A DNA stretch of 64,000 nucleotides from an uncultured bacterium. Lineage in GTDB: Bacteria > Zixibacteria > MSB-5A5 > GN15 > FEB-12. Location of the stretch: positions 9,472 through 73,471 of the forward strand of contig CBDVDR010000017.1 in assembly GCA_965372795.1 (NCBI GenBank), read 5' to 3'. Positions 36,128 to 45,928 of this stretch are shown here, piece by piece (position 1 is the stretch's first letter; each line of letters starts with the position of its first letter). The position numbers and the translations under genes are program-made. The notes below the pieces were generated by a model. That model saw only the letters and a program-made list of their open reading frames with translations, was not told the DNA's origin and did no database searches.

Positions 36128-38245
36128 CTAACTCAGAATAAACGTGATTGCATCAGAAATATACTCTGGTACAACAAATGCTTCACGATCTTCGCCTTTC
36201 TCTAAGTTATCCCTTAGCTGTTGCTCTAAATAGAGTGCATGTTCACCTTTTCTCTTCTTCAACGCCTGAGAGTAAACAGCTGCAATCAAAGCTTTCTTCT
36301 TTCGATCATCTTCCCACAGGCAACCTTCAAGTGAGTCTATGATCTCAGAGTGATTAGAAAGGGCTTTAATTTCGGTGAGTGACTTTATCTGTTTGTGGGC
36401 ATCTACAAGACTTATCATTACTTCTTTTCTGTTTTTGCCACGAGATGGAAACGAGTCAGTAATAAGTGATAAACAGTTGGGGTTATTGAATATCAAGTCA
36501 TACTCAAGTGTCATGCCCACGCCTGCCGGTGACGAATATATGCTAATGTTTTGACTGCTTTCAACTGTAGACTGCAATATGCCTACATGCTTTGCCATCG
36601 ACTTGTATTCATATGCCTCAGTGTCTTGATCTAGTTCGAAAGGATAACAACTATGCCATCTAACTTTCTTTCCGTGCTCATTAACGTCTGATCCTGGTGG
36701 GGGCTTATCTTTTCTGCATGGGTCTGTGTCAGTTATGCAGGCAACTTTCTTATTGATTGCAAAGCGTTTTGAATCCTTGTTATAAGTGAATAGTTTCAGG
36801 AAGTGGTCGAAAGTGCGACTGTCAACACTCACTATGCAAACATGTTTGTTCAACAAGTCTTCTTCCTTACTCAAGTAAGAAGCAAGGCAGGGTAGTAATA
36901 CTTGTTCAGCGAGCCCTTCAACAAGAATCACTCTTTCCGCGAATAGCATATTCGACTTTGTAGCGTCTAGGAACCGTTTTACATAATTTTTGGAGTTCAC
37001 ATCTTCTGGCGTGTCTGTGAATACTTTGCCAGGATAACCCACCTGTTGCTTTCCCTCAATATCTTCGTACAAGCAAATCACCGCATCCAAATCCACTGCG
37101 GCAGTAATGTGTGTAGAATGTGAAGTGATGAATAATTGTCTTGCCTGCTCCTGCTTTTTGAGGTTATTGTCGAGAAACTGTAGAAATTTATATTGCATCG
37201 ATGGATGCAGATGAGCTTCCGGTTCTTCTATTGCTAAAATGGGGAACACTTTTGCATTGTCGCCCATAAACCCCGAGCGTTGCATTTGCATCTTTGCAAG
37301 GATTAGGGCTATGAATAGCAGATTGTTGTATCCCAAACCGTTATGCGTAATCGGAAATGTAAAACCTGATTGCTCTACGATGAGCCTCAATGCGAAAAGT
37401 ATTTCATGCTCGCTGATTGTAGCATCGAAATCTGGTTTACCGCCTTTATCTGCCCCTGTTTCTTGCGAGTATTCAAGGATTTTCTCTTTTGAGATACGGT
37501 CTATTAGGTGCTGTAACAGAGCTTCCGATTTCTCGGAAAACTCTCGTTCTCTGTCTCTAAGGATTGACTTTGTCGCATCGTCTAATTCCTCAAATTGCTT
37601 CCCGTTAGAAACATCATAATCAAGAAAATAACGGAGTACATCTCTCAGTAGAGTATTGTTGCCATAGAACATTTGTCTTTCTGCGTCGCGGATCGCGTCG
37701 AGAAATTGAAAATCAAATCGATCAAGGTTTTCTGACTCCGCTCTCTCCTCGCGCTTTGGGTCACCTCCAAATATTTGTGATACATACTTATTGATAAATC
37801 TCTTACCTATTACGCTGAAGCAATCCTTCTGGATATAATTTCCTTCTGCATCTTTGTGTTCTTCGATAACTTCCTTATATTCTTCCAAATGCTTACTGGG
37901 CAAGAAGAATGTATATGTTAATTGAGCTTCATATGGAGGTCCTTCGTTGATCAGCCAATCATATATTACATTCTTGTCATCGGGCTTTTCAGCATCAGGA
38001 TGCTCAGTTATAGTAACTCTTATATCTATGCGTGGTGGACTTGAAAAGTCATCGTATGTCTTATTGAAATCATCAATTGTTGGCCTGTTTCTTTGTTCCC
38101 TAGCAAATACAAATTGTAAAGCCCTCAGCACATTCGTTTTACCGGCATTGTTGTGACCAATTATTACATTTAGCCCAGGGGTAAATATGACTGATGTATC
38201 AATAAAGTTCCTAAAATTGGAAATTTGAATATTAGAGATATACAT
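36128..38245 (-). CDS. gajA: OLD-family ATP-dependent endonuclease: ABC-type ATPase plus Toprim (GajA-like, class 2 OLD)
   Basis: Walker A GHNNAGKTNVL, Walker B/D-loop LAIEEPEAHLHP, H-loop FITSHSTH, Toprim Glu VILVEGLAEQ and DxD ACITDTDP, C-terminal TLEYDL/KGEHA. The track start is TTG 38260. ATG 38245 (MYISNIQISNF) with a GGGTGA RBS is preferred. Confidence 0.8.
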   Translation of the reverse strand: MYISNIQISNFRNFIDTSVIFTPGLNVIIGHNNAGKTNVLRALQFVFAREQRNRPTIDDFNKTYDDFSSPPRIDIRVTITEHPDAEKPDDKNVIYDWLINEGPPYEAQLTYTFFLPSKHLEEYKEVIEEHKDAEGNYIQKDCFSVIGKRFINKYVSQIFGGDPKREERAESENLDRFDFQFLDAIRDAERQMFYGNNTLLRDVLRYFLDYDVSNGKQFEELDDATKSILRDREREFSEKSEALLQHLIDRISKEKILEYSQETGADKGGKPDFDATISEHEILFALRLIVEQSGFTFPITHNGLGYNNLLFIALILAKMQMQRSGFMGDNAKVFPILAIEEPEAHLHPSMQYKFLQFLDNNLKKQEQARQLFITSHSTHITAAVDLDAVICLYEDIEGKQQVGYPGKVFTDTPEDVNSKNYVKRFLDATKSNMLFAERVILVEGLAEQVLLPCLASYLSKEEDLLNKHVCIVSVDSRTFDHFLKLFTYNKDSKRFAINKKVACITDTDPCRKDKPPPGSDVNEHGKKVRWHSCYPFELDQDTEAYEYKSMAKHVGILQSTVESSQNISIYSSPAGVGMTLEYDLIFNNPNCLSLITDSFPSRGKNRKEVMISLVDAHKQIKSLTEIKALSNHSEIIDSLEGCLWEDDRKKKALIAAVYSQALKKRKGEHALYLEQQLRDNLEKGEDREAFVVPEYISDAITFILS

Positions 38246-38484
38246 TACATTTTCACCCAATCTACTTTTATTAAATGTTAATCTTCCTACGCTTTTATGC
38301 CTTGCGACTATTTAAAATTGTTTATCCCGTAGTCGATCCATAAATCTACAATATTATTATCCTTTTTGCTAATAATTATTCAATAAATATGCTCCTCCCC
38401 CACTTTCCCCACACTTTCAATGGTGAATGCGATAACGCACCCCTTTATAAAAGGAGGAACGGTAAGTTATGCCCAAAATCCCAA

Positions 38485-38735
38485 CCACGAAGTATGCGTA
38501 AGTATACAAAATTCACAAAATCACACCCTGCGACAAAACACTCTTTTATGCAAAAACACTCGAAGTATGCGTAAGTATAAAAAGTGAGCAAACGAACCCA
38601 TTTCTACATATCACATATAGTGTCCAAGTTTCGCCAGAGAAAAACACACGATGTGTGAAAAATGTGCCTTTAAAGTACCGTAACAGTCGAAGTATGCGTA
38701 AGTATAAAAAGTAACAAAACGAACCCATTTTGGTT
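38485..38735 (-). repeat. roughly 126-bp tandem composite repeat (about 2 units), inverted relative to 16688-16805
   Basis: cgaagtatgcgtaagtata occurs at 38488, 38561 and 38688. aaacgaacccattt occurs at 38591 and 38718. Contains the palindrome acacacGATgtgtg. Confidence 0.85.
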
Positions 38736-38805
38736 GTACAAACATTGCCAACAATGACTTACAGCGAAAAAAATTATATTTTAGGGAGAAAAACACACTA
38801 TGCCA

Positions 38806-38836
38806 CAAAAAAACCGCATCGTTAAATGCGGTTTTT
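38806..38836 (-). terminator. rho-independent terminator of frr
   Basis: The minus strand reads aaaaaccgcatttaacgatgcggtttttttg, about 25 nt after the frr stop. Confidence 0.8.
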
Positions 38837-38859
38837 AGAATAATCATTTTATTGAAAGG

Positions 38860-39417
38860 TCAGACTTCCATGACATCTTTTTCTTTAGCATCAAGCATTT
38901 TATCAATCCGTTGAATATGACCATCAGTCAATTTCTGGATTTCATCATGTCCGTCAGCTTCCTGGTCCTCAGAGATTTCTTTATCTTTCTGAGCTTTCTT
39001 AAAGATGTCGTTATATTCTCTGCGGATACTCCGCAAAGAAACACGCCCATCTTCAGCAAGGTGTTTACAATGCTTAACCAGTTCTTTACGTCGTTCTTCA
39101 TTCAGCGCCGGAATCGGGAGTCTAATCATTTGTCCGTCGACTAAAGGATTCAACCCCAGATCGGCAGCCTGGATTGCTTTTGTGATGTCAGCAACCGTTG
39201 ATTTATCAAAAGCCTGAACGATTAGCAGTCTTGGTTCGGGCGAGTTGATGGTTGCCAACTGATTTAATGGCATCTTTGAACCATAAGCATCAACTTTGAT
39301 GGTGTCCAACAGTTGCGGAGTTGCTTTTCCGGTTTGAACCGCCATAAATTCTTTTGAGATGGCTTCGATGGTTTTATCCATCCGTTCATTTGCATCTTTG
39401 TATGATTGATCGAGCAT
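38860..39417 (-). CDS. frr: ribosome recycling factor
   Basis: 185 aa. Canonical RRF sequence (...LDTIKVDAYGSKMPLNQLATI...RLPIPALNEERRKELVK...). Confidence 0.95.
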   Translation of the reverse strand: MLDQSYKDANERMDKTIEAISKEFMAVQTGKATPQLLDTIKVDAYGSKMPLNQLATINSPEPRLLIVQAFDKSTVADITKAIQAADLGLNPLVDGQMIRLPIPALNEERRKELVKHCKHLAEDGRVSLRSIRREYNDIFKKAQKDKEISEDQEADGHDEIQKLTDGHIQRIDKMLDAKEKDVMEV

Positions 39418-39457
39418 AATTTGATTCTCCTATCTCAGATAATTCCAATTTATCTTC

Positions 39458-40183
39458 TCAGGAAATAAGAGTACCGACCTCTTCACCCAGAACCACTCTT
39501 TTGAGATTACCGGGTACATTCAGATTGATAACTCTTACAGGGATTTTATTATCTTTTAAAAGCGACACTGCGGTTGAGTCCATCACTCTTAATTCTTTTG
39601 TCAAAACTTCCATATATGTTAATTCCGGAAGGAATACAGCATCTTTATCTAATTTCGGATCAGCAGAATAAACACCGTCAACGTTGGTTGCTTTGACCAT
39701 CATTTCAGCATTTATTTCCATAGATCTTAAAGCCGCCGCCGTATCGGTAGTAAAATATGGGTTACCGGTTCCAGCCGCAAAAATAACGAGCCTTCCCTTT
39801 TCCATATGTCTTTTGGCTCTACGACAAATATATTGTTCGGCAAAATCCTCAATTTTAACCGCCGACATGACTCTGGTAAAGATGCCCATATTCTCAAGCG
39901 TATCCATCATAGCCAGCGAATTGATCACAGTAGCCAGCATTCCCATTTTATCGCCGGTAACGCGGTCGATACCTCGAGCGGCAAGGTTGACGCCCCGGAA
40001 AATGTTGCCACCACCGAGAACGATTGCTATCTCGGTGCCGAGATCTTTAATTTCTTTGATTTCTTTACAGATACGTTCGAGCGTATTCGGGTCAATGCCG
40101 AATTCGGTCTCTCCGAGGAGGGCTTCCCCGGAGAGTTTTAATAAAATTCTTTTAAAAGCAGGCGACGAGCCATCGCTATCCAT
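39458..40183 (-). CDS. pyrH: UMP kinase
   Basis: KRILLKLSGEAL, VLGGGNIFRG, and an amino-acid-kinase fold throughout. The track ORF extends to 40246 and would overlap tsf. ATG 40183 (MDSDGSS...) lies just after the tsf stop. Confidence 0.9.
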   Translation of the reverse strand: MDSDGSSPAFKRILLKLSGEALLGETEFGIDPNTLERICKEIKEIKDLGTEIAIVLGGGNIFRGVNLAARGIDRVTGDKMGMLATVINSLAMMDTLENMGIFTRVMSAVKIEDFAEQYICRRAKRHMEKGRLVIFAAGTGNPYFTTDTAAALRSMEINAEMMVKATNVDGVYSADPKLDKDAVFLPELTYMEVLTKELRVMDSTAVSLLKDNKIPVRVINLNVPGNLKRVVLGEEVGTLIS

Positions 40184-40184
40184 A

Positions 40185-40778
40185 TTATTCACCAAGTCTA
40201 AAACGGGAGAACCGTTTGATCTGAATATTTTCACCGATAGTAGCAATCATGTTTTTCACAAAAATACCAATTGTTTGATCGGTGTCTTTGACAAAAGGCT
40301 GTTCAAGCAGAACTACTTCGGCGTAGTGTTTCTCAATTTTACCATCAATAATTTTATTGATAATTTTTTCCGGTTTGCCTTCGTTAATCGCCATTTGTTT
40401 GTAAATTTCGCGTTCTTTGGCAATATAATCAGCATCGACTTCTTCACGTTCAACATATAACGGTGAAGCAGCGGCAACATGCATGGCAATGTCTCTGCCA
40501 AAAGCTTTAAAGCCATCAGTCCGGGCAACAAAATCAGTTTCGCAATTGATTTCTACCATCGTACCTAATTTATCACCATAATGAATATACATTGCAATAA
40601 TGCCTTCAGCCGTAGTTCTTCCTTCTTTAGAAGAAGCTTTAGCAATACCTTTTTCTCTTAAGTAATCGGCTGCTTTTCCAAATTCACCTTCACACTCAAC
40701 AAGAGCTTTTTTACAATCCATCATGCCAGCTCCGGTTTTTTCGCGAAGCTCTTTAACCATCTTAGCAGTAATTTCCAT
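40185..40778 (-). CDS. tsf: translation elongation factor Ts
   Basis: 197 aa. N-terminal UBA-like VKELREKTGAGMMDCKKAL, short-form EF-Ts. Confidence 0.95.
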   Translation of the reverse strand: MEITAKMVKELREKTGAGMMDCKKALVECEGEFGKAADYLREKGIAKASSKEGRTTAEGIIAMYIHYGDKLGTMVEINCETDFVARTDGFKAFGRDIAMHVAAASPLYVEREEVDADYIAKEREIYKQMAINEGKPEKIINKIIDGKIEKHYAEVVLLEQPFVKDTDQTIGIFVKNMIATIGENIQIKRFSRFRLGE

Positions 40779-40779
40779 C

Positions 40780-41574
40780 TTATTTCACTCTCTTATTTTT
40801 ATCATCGGCTTTCACAACATCTTGGGTTGTATAAGTTGTCACTTTGTGTTCACGGTCTTCATCAACATTTGCTTCAATCATTTCCTGAGTAAGGTGATGT
40901 TTCGCATCAATCCCGGCTTCGACCAGTTCTTTTAAAAGGACTCTAATAGATTTGATCGCATCATCATTACCGGCAATCGGGAAATCAATCGGATCCGGAT
41001 CAGCGTTGGTATCAATAATAGCAATGATTGGTATACCGAGTTTATTAGCTTCGGCAACAGCAATTTTTTCTTTTCTGGCATCAACGATAATGACTAGACC
41101 CGGCAGATAGTTCATCTCTTTAATTCCACCGAGAACTTTACGAAGTTTTTCAGCAGAGTTCATAATCTTAGCTGCTTCTTTTTTGGTGAATTTTTCGAGG
41201 GTGCCATCGGTGCTCATTTTTTCAATATCTTTTAATTTCTTAATCGAATTTTTAATAGTATTGAAATTCGTAAGCATGCCACCAAGCCATCGTTCGGTGA
41301 TATAGAACCCGTCGATTCTCGAAGCCTGTTCCATAATAACTTCTTTTGCCTGTTTTTTAGTTCCGACAAAAAGAATAGAACGACCGCGTCCGACCGTTTC
41401 ACGAACCTTAGCTTTAGCGATTTCTAAAGCATTAAGAGTTTTTTGGAGGTCAATAATATAGATACCGTTTCTTGCAGTAAAGATAAACGGCTTCATTTTC
41501 GGGTTCCAACGACGAGTCTGATGCCCGAAATGTACTCCTGCTTCAAGGAGTTCCTTGATCTTTGGATTTAACAT
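40780..41574 (-). CDS. rpsB: 30S ribosomal protein S2
   Basis: 264 aa. LLEAGVHFGHQTRRWNPKM..., with a charged C-terminal tail. Confidence 0.95.
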   Translation of the reverse strand: MLNPKIKELLEAGVHFGHQTRRWNPKMKPFIFTARNGIYIIDLQKTLNALEIAKAKVRETVGRGRSILFVGTKKQAKEVIMEQASRIDGFYITERWLGGMLTNFNTIKNSIKKLKDIEKMSTDGTLEKFTKKEAAKIMNSAEKLRKVLGGIKEMNYLPGLVIIVDARKEKIAVAEANKLGIPIIAIIDTNADPDPIDFPIAGNDDAIKSIRVLLKELVEAGIDAKHHLTQEMIEANVDEDREHKVTTYTTQDVVKADDKNKRVK

Positions 41575-41696
41575 ATTCTACCTTGGTTATGTAGTTATTC
41601 TTTATCCCGGCTTCAACCCTGAATCCACCCTGAAAAGGGACCGCATCCAAGTCGGCTGGAACTGTTTATTTCCCCCAAAGGGGATGATTTTCCTTT

Positions 41697-42089
41697 TTAA
41701 CGCTTTGAGAACTGGAAGCGTTTACGCGCTTTCGGCTGGCCATATTTCTTCCGTTCAACTTCACGAGCATCACGGGTAAGAAATCCGCCTTTTCTCAATG
41801 CATTTCGCAAATCAGGATCTCTCAGCAGCAATGCGCGAGCGATTGCTAAACGAATAGCTCCAGCTTGTCCTGATAAACCGCCGCCACGAGTACGACATCT
41901 GATATCGAAACTTCCCATTAATTCTGAGTCAACCAAAGGTTTTTGAGCGTGATCAACTAAGGTCTGACGTTTCAGATAGTCCTTAATATCACTGCCATTG
42001 ACAACAATTTTGCCTTTTCCTTCAGAGAGTTCGATTCGAGCCGTAGATTCTTTCCGGCGACCAGTTGCAGCAAATGAATTTTTGTTCAT
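41697..42089 (-). CDS. rpsI: 30S ribosomal protein S9
   Basis: 130 aa. GRRKESTARI..., GGGLSGQAGAIRLAIARAL, C-terminal KARKRFQFSKR. Confidence 0.95.
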   Translation of the reverse strand: MNKNSFAATGRRKESTARIELSEGKGKIVVNGSDIKDYLKRQTLVDHAQKPLVDSELMGSFDIRCRTRGGGLSGQAGAIRLAIARALLLRDPDLRNALRKGGFLTRDAREVERKKYGQPKARKRFQFSKR

Positions 42090-42097
42090 ATCTCTTT

Positions 42098-42535
42098 CTA
42101 TTTACTAAGCTTTAAAACTTCTGGTTTCTGTGCCTGATGGGGATGTTTAGCATCTGCATAAACATGCAGTTTCTTAAACATTTTTCTTCCGAGACGATTT
42201 TTAGGCATCATTCTTTTGACTGCCAGTCTAAAAACCTCTTCAGGCCTCTTCTTCATCAACTGAGCAAAAGTTGTAGTAGTTAAACCACCGGGGTAACCAC
42301 TATAACGATAGTATCTTAATTGATCAGGTTTATTTTTCCCCAACACTCTTAATTTTTTGGCATTGATAGCTATAACATGCTCGCCAGTATCAAGGTGCGG
42401 AGTAAAAATAGGTTTGTCTTTTCCACGCAAAATATTTGCGACTTTGACAGCAGTTCTGCCCATAATCACATTATTAAGATCAATCAAGATCCATTTGCGA
42501 TTGTCCGTTTCCACTTTAGGAATATAAGTTTTCAT
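42098..42535 (-). CDS. rplM: 50S ribosomal protein L13
   Basis: 145 aa. W.LIDL....GR.A..VA..LRGK, YYRYSGYPGG, MLPKNRLGR-like motifs. Confidence 0.95.
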   Translation of the reverse strand: MKTYIPKVETDNRKWILIDLNNVIMGRTAVKVANILRGKDKPIFTPHLDTGEHVIAINAKKLRVLGKNKPDQLRYYRYSGYPGGLTTTTFAQLMKKRPEEVFRLAVKRMMPKNRLGRKMFKKLHVYADAKHPHQAQKPEVLKLSK

Positions 42536-42774
42536 TCAATTACCTTAGCTTAAATCTACGCCAATATTACAAAAGCCTCAAAATTTACACATATTTTGTT
42601 GAATGTCAACACTTTCAATAAAAAAAAATGAGCTTTTATTAAGCTCTTTCCCATTGAAGATATCGGCACATCCCGCAATACATTTAACAACATTGATTTA
42701 GGGGGATTTATACGAATTTGTTAACTTGGTTAATAGTCCCATTTTTTTTAAAAATAGGACTATTAAATAACTAT

Positions 42775-43338
42775 TTATATCTTACCAACCAGATCTATTC
42801 CAGGTTTTAGAGTATTTTCACCCGGTTTCCAACTTGCCGGACAAACTTCTCCGCCATGTTCATGCACAAATTTGGCTGCTTGAAGTTTCCTTAAAAGCTC
42901 AACCGATGAGCGACCGATTGAATTATCATTTATTTCAAATGACTTTATGATTCCATCCGGGTCGATAATAAATGTTCCACGAAGTGATAAGCCAGCTTCT
43001 TCAATCATCACCCCATAATCACGGCATAGATTACCGGTTGGATCCGCAAGCATGGGGAATTTAATCTTTTTAATAGTTTCTGAACTTTCGTGCCAGGCAA
43101 GATGACTAAATTCAGTATCAGTTGAAGCAGACAAAACCTCTGCCCCTTGTTTCTTAAAAGTTTCATAATAATCAGCTAATTCACCAAGTTCTGTCGGACA
43201 GACAAAAGTAAAATCAGCCGGATAGAAAAACAGAATCACCCATTTTCCTTTATAACTCTCAAGATTAACATCAATAAATTTTCCGTCTTGAAAGGCTTTC
43301 AAATTAAACTTTGGAGCCTGTTCATTGATCTTCACCAT
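42775..43338 (-). CDS. typical 2-Cys peroxiredoxin (AhpC/Prx1 family)
   Basis: 187 aa. Peroxidatic Cys in FYPADFTFVCPTEL, resolving Cys in GEVCPASW. Confidence 0.9.
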   Translation of the reverse strand: MVKINEQAPKFNLKAFQDGKFIDVNLESYKGKWVILFFYPADFTFVCPTELGELADYYETFKKQGAEVLSASTDTEFSHLAWHESSETIKKIKFPMLADPTGNLCRDYGVMIEEAGLSLRGTFIIDPDGIIKSFEINDNSIGRSSVELLRKLQAAKFVHEHGGEVCPASWKPGENTLKPGIDLVGKI

Positions 43339-43478
43339 TTTGGACTTCCTTTCTCTATATTATTTAACATTCAATTCATTTCTTAACAAAGAATTATTGA
43401 AGAGGTTCCAAAAATCAAGCAAATTATACACTATAGTTACAAACCATGTTGCCGATATATATATTCAGAGGAAATATT

Positions 43479-43778
43479 ATGGAAATATATTTAAAATTAT
43501 TCGAACAAGCGATTCAAAAGCAGATAGAATTAGTAGGGGAAGATGTAGCTTTTGAACAGGCTAAAAAAGCTGGATTAGGGGTCTCCTCTGACGGTCATAT
43601 CGTTAGTTGTACCGGGAATCCTCAATTAGTTCTTATGCGACTGATTAAGTTTTTCACTACCGGTGGTCATTTGAAAGCACTGGTAGAATGCACGCCATTA
43701 ATCAATGAGTTGATTCGACGCGGACAAGATGAAGAGACTTTAGAAGCCGAGCAAAAAGCTCATTTATCTGTGAAATAA
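43479..43778 (+). CDS. hypothetical small protein
   Basis: The track ORF starts at 43446. ATG 43479 has an AGAGGA RBS 6 nt upstream (MEIYLKLFEQAIQ...). No family recognised. Confidence 0.45.
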   Translation: MEIYLKLFEQAIQKQIELVGEDVAFEQAKKAGLGVSSDGHIVSCTGNPQLVLMRLIKFFTTGGHLKALVECTPLINELIRRGQDEETLEAEQKAHLSVK

Positions 43779-43784
43779 GATTCA

Positions 43785-44402
43785 CTATTTCTGAATTAGT
43801 TTCAATTTGAAACGGGTATTAAATTTACCATTTGAGCATTTCCCGCAAGATGCCATCCGGAATCTTTTCTGTCTCGGATATAATAACCCACAATTAGGAC
43901 ATATATAATTATATCGTGGTGTTTTTCTTAATGACGGGTGACCACGGGCTTTGAGGGTTGTTCCTACCCGTTTCGCTTCCCTTTTAAAATCAGTGTCATG
44001 TTTGAAGTGTAATATGTGAATCATTTCATGCTTCAGGGTATCGGTTAAATCTTCGGGGAATATGTCATGATATTTCACTCCGATTTTAATCAGCTTATGG
44101 ATCGGAGTATAAGAACCAGCAGAAAACATCCGCTTGGAATATGCAATCCGAACCCGGGGTAGTTTTCCATCCCAATACAAAAGGTTGAGCCGATCAAACA
44201 TCTGATATAGAATCTCAATTGTAGGAAGAGTTTTTAGCGGCTCTTTTAAAACTGTTTTGCGGTTGTTATCTTTGTCATGTGAAAGAATCTTTATGTCAGG
44301 TACAGGAACAGGCGGTTTCGCTTGCACAAGATTAAAGAGATCAAGGTTTAGAGCCCGGAACGCCCGTTTTATCAGTTTTCGTTTCATACGCCTAATATTC
44401 AA
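43785..44402 (-). CDS. SprT-like zinc metallopeptidase-fold protein with C-terminal zinc ribbon
   Basis: HEMIH (HExxH) plus CPNCG...CGKC. The track start is TTG 44402; an alternative ATG is at 44387. Confidence 0.65.
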   Translation of the reverse strand: MNIRRMKRKLIKRAFRALNLDLFNLVQAKPPVPVPDIKILSHDKDNNRKTVLKEPLKTLPTIEILYQMFDRLNLLYWDGKLPRVRIAYSKRMFSAGSYTPIHKLIKIGVKYHDIFPEDLTDTLKHEMIHILHFKHDTDFKREAKRVGTTLKARGHPSLRKTPRYNYICPNCGLLYPRQKRFRMASCGKCSNGKFNTRFKLKLIQK

Positions 44403-44460
44403 GATTGATGTACTTAAATAATAGTTATGGATTTTTTTTCAACATTTCAACTAAAAGAAA

Positions 44461-45459
44461 TTATCTTCCGCCGCGAGTCAAACCTTTATCAGTAATGTAA
44501 AATGAAACGAGTTCTTGCGGGGTAACATCAAATGCCGGTGAATAGACCTCAATATTATCAGGAGCCGTCTGCATTCCAAATCCGTAAGTAACTTCAATTG
44601 AGGATCGTTCTTCAATTACAATATCGTCACCGGTTTTGATCTTATTATCAAAAGTTGAGTATGGAGCAGCAATATAAAAGGGAACCTTATTTTCTTTGGC
44701 TAAAACAGCAACCGAATAAGTACCGATTTTATTGGCGAAATCACCATTGGCAGCCACCCGGTCAGCACCTACTATCACATGATCGATTTTCCCCTGCTTC
44801 ATTAACATGCCGGCAGTATTATCACATATCAAAGTAACTTTAATATTCTCCTGTTGAAGCTCCCAGGCTGTCAAACGGGCACCCTGAAGTAAAGGTCGGG
44901 TTTCATCCGCATAGATATGGTTTTTCTTGTTTTGATTATGACAAGTATAAATAACCCCAAGCGCAGTGCCTATCCCTCCGGTTGCAAGGGCTCCGGCATT
45001 ACAATGAGTTAAAATTGAGTCGCCTTTTTTAATGAGCTCTGAACCATGGATTCCTATTTGTTCACAAAGAAATTTATCTTCAGAATGAATAGCCTCAGCC
45101 TCACTCCACAAACTTTTTATAACCTGATCTATGTCAGTTGAAGAAATTTCATTGAACTTGCTTATCATCCGATCAATAGCCCAGAAAAGATTAACAGCTG
45201 TGGGTCGCGAGGCTTTGATTTCATCGGCTGTTTTATAAACAAAAGCTTGATCAATATTTTGATGCTGATTTATAGCAGCTGCCAATGCATAAGCGGCAGC
45301 GATTCCGATTGCCGGGGCTCCGCGTACTTCCAGTCGCTTGATTGCTTCGATAAGTCGTAAATAATCAGCCGACTCGATATAGACGATTTCAAGGGGAAGT
45401 TTGGTTTGGTCAATCCATTTAATTGCATTTTCAGTTCTGCAAATTGTGGTAAAATTCAT
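44461..45459 (-). CDS. mtnA: S-methyl-5-thioribose-1-phosphate isomerase (eIF-2B alpha/beta/delta family)
   Basis: 332 aa. LEVRGAPAIGIAAAY, THCNAGALAT, VIVGADRVAANGDFANKIGTY. Confidence 0.85.
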   Translation of the reverse strand: MNFTTICRTENAIKWIDQTKLPLEIVYIESADYLRLIEAIKRLEVRGAPAIGIAAAYALAAAINQHQNIDQAFVYKTADEIKASRPTAVNLFWAIDRMISKFNEISSTDIDQVIKSLWSEAEAIHSEDKFLCEQIGIHGSELIKKGDSILTHCNAGALATGGIGTALGVIYTCHNQNKKNHIYADETRPLLQGARLTAWELQQENIKVTLICDNTAGMLMKQGKIDHVIVGADRVAANGDFANKIGTYSVAVLAKENKVPFYIAAPYSTFDNKIKTGDDIVIEERSSIEVTYGFGMQTAPDNIEVYSPAFDVTPQELVSFYITDKGLTRGGR

Positions 45460-45511
45460 AGCTCAGAGATATAAGAATATCGAATTAAAGTCAATGATAT
45501 AATAAAGGGAA

Positions 45512-45928
45512 TTAGTCGCCAATGATCTGAATGACGACCGAGCGCTCTCTGGGACGATTATCAAACTCTAAAAAGACGACCTGCTGCCAGGTGCCTAAAG
45601 TTAGTTTTCCACTCACAAAAGGGACGGTGATATCAGGACCTATCAAGGCTGCCCGAAGGTGTGAAAAGCCGTTGCCGTCATGCCAGGTAGCGTCATGTTC
45701 ATAGGTGATATTTGAAGGGACTAGTTTTTCCATCAGGTTCGGAATATCTTTTAATAATCCCGGTTCATATTCAATGGTAGTAATTGCGGCGGTTGAGCCC
45801 GGCACAAAAGCAGTTACAGTACCGGAATTTATTTCTGATTTTGAGACTAATTCTATTATCTGATTGGTTAGGTCGACAATATCGCCGTCACCCGAAGTGT
45901 TGAATTTAATTTCCCGCGTATGAACCAT
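45512..45928 (-). CDS. YjbQ/UPF0047 family protein (secondary thiamine-phosphate synthase)
   Basis: 138 aa. GTVTAFVPGSTAAITTIEYEPG, HLRAALIGP, LTLGTWQQVVFLEFD. Confidence 0.85.
   Translation of the reverse strand: MVHTREIKFNTSGDGDIVDLTNQIIELVSKSEINSGTVTAFVPGSTAAITTIEYEPGLLKDIPNLMEKLVPSNITYEHDATWHDGNGFSHLRAALIGPDITVPFVSGKLTLGTWQQVVFLEFDNRPRERSVVIQIIGD

Noticed and set aside
16688-38735. The inverted roughly 120-bp repeats as ends of a 22-kb composite transposon or genomic island.
   Set aside because: The interval contains housekeeping operons (uvrC, cdsA, uppS, HMGCS complex) and no transposase or integrase. The repeats are only about 75-80% similar by eye and differ in copy number. They are more likely members of a dispersed repeat family.
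39684-40460. 258-aa plus-strand ORF.
   Set aside because: It is antisense to pyrH and tsf, both of which have unambiguous conserved sequences. It is a shadow ORF.
41575-41696. Possible structured rpsB leader or terminator between rpsI and rpsB (cccctttgggg hairpin).
   Set aside because: It is a single 4-5 bp G/C stem without a convincing U-tract. I cannot establish a conserved pseudoknot or leader fold by eye, so it is not reported as a feature.
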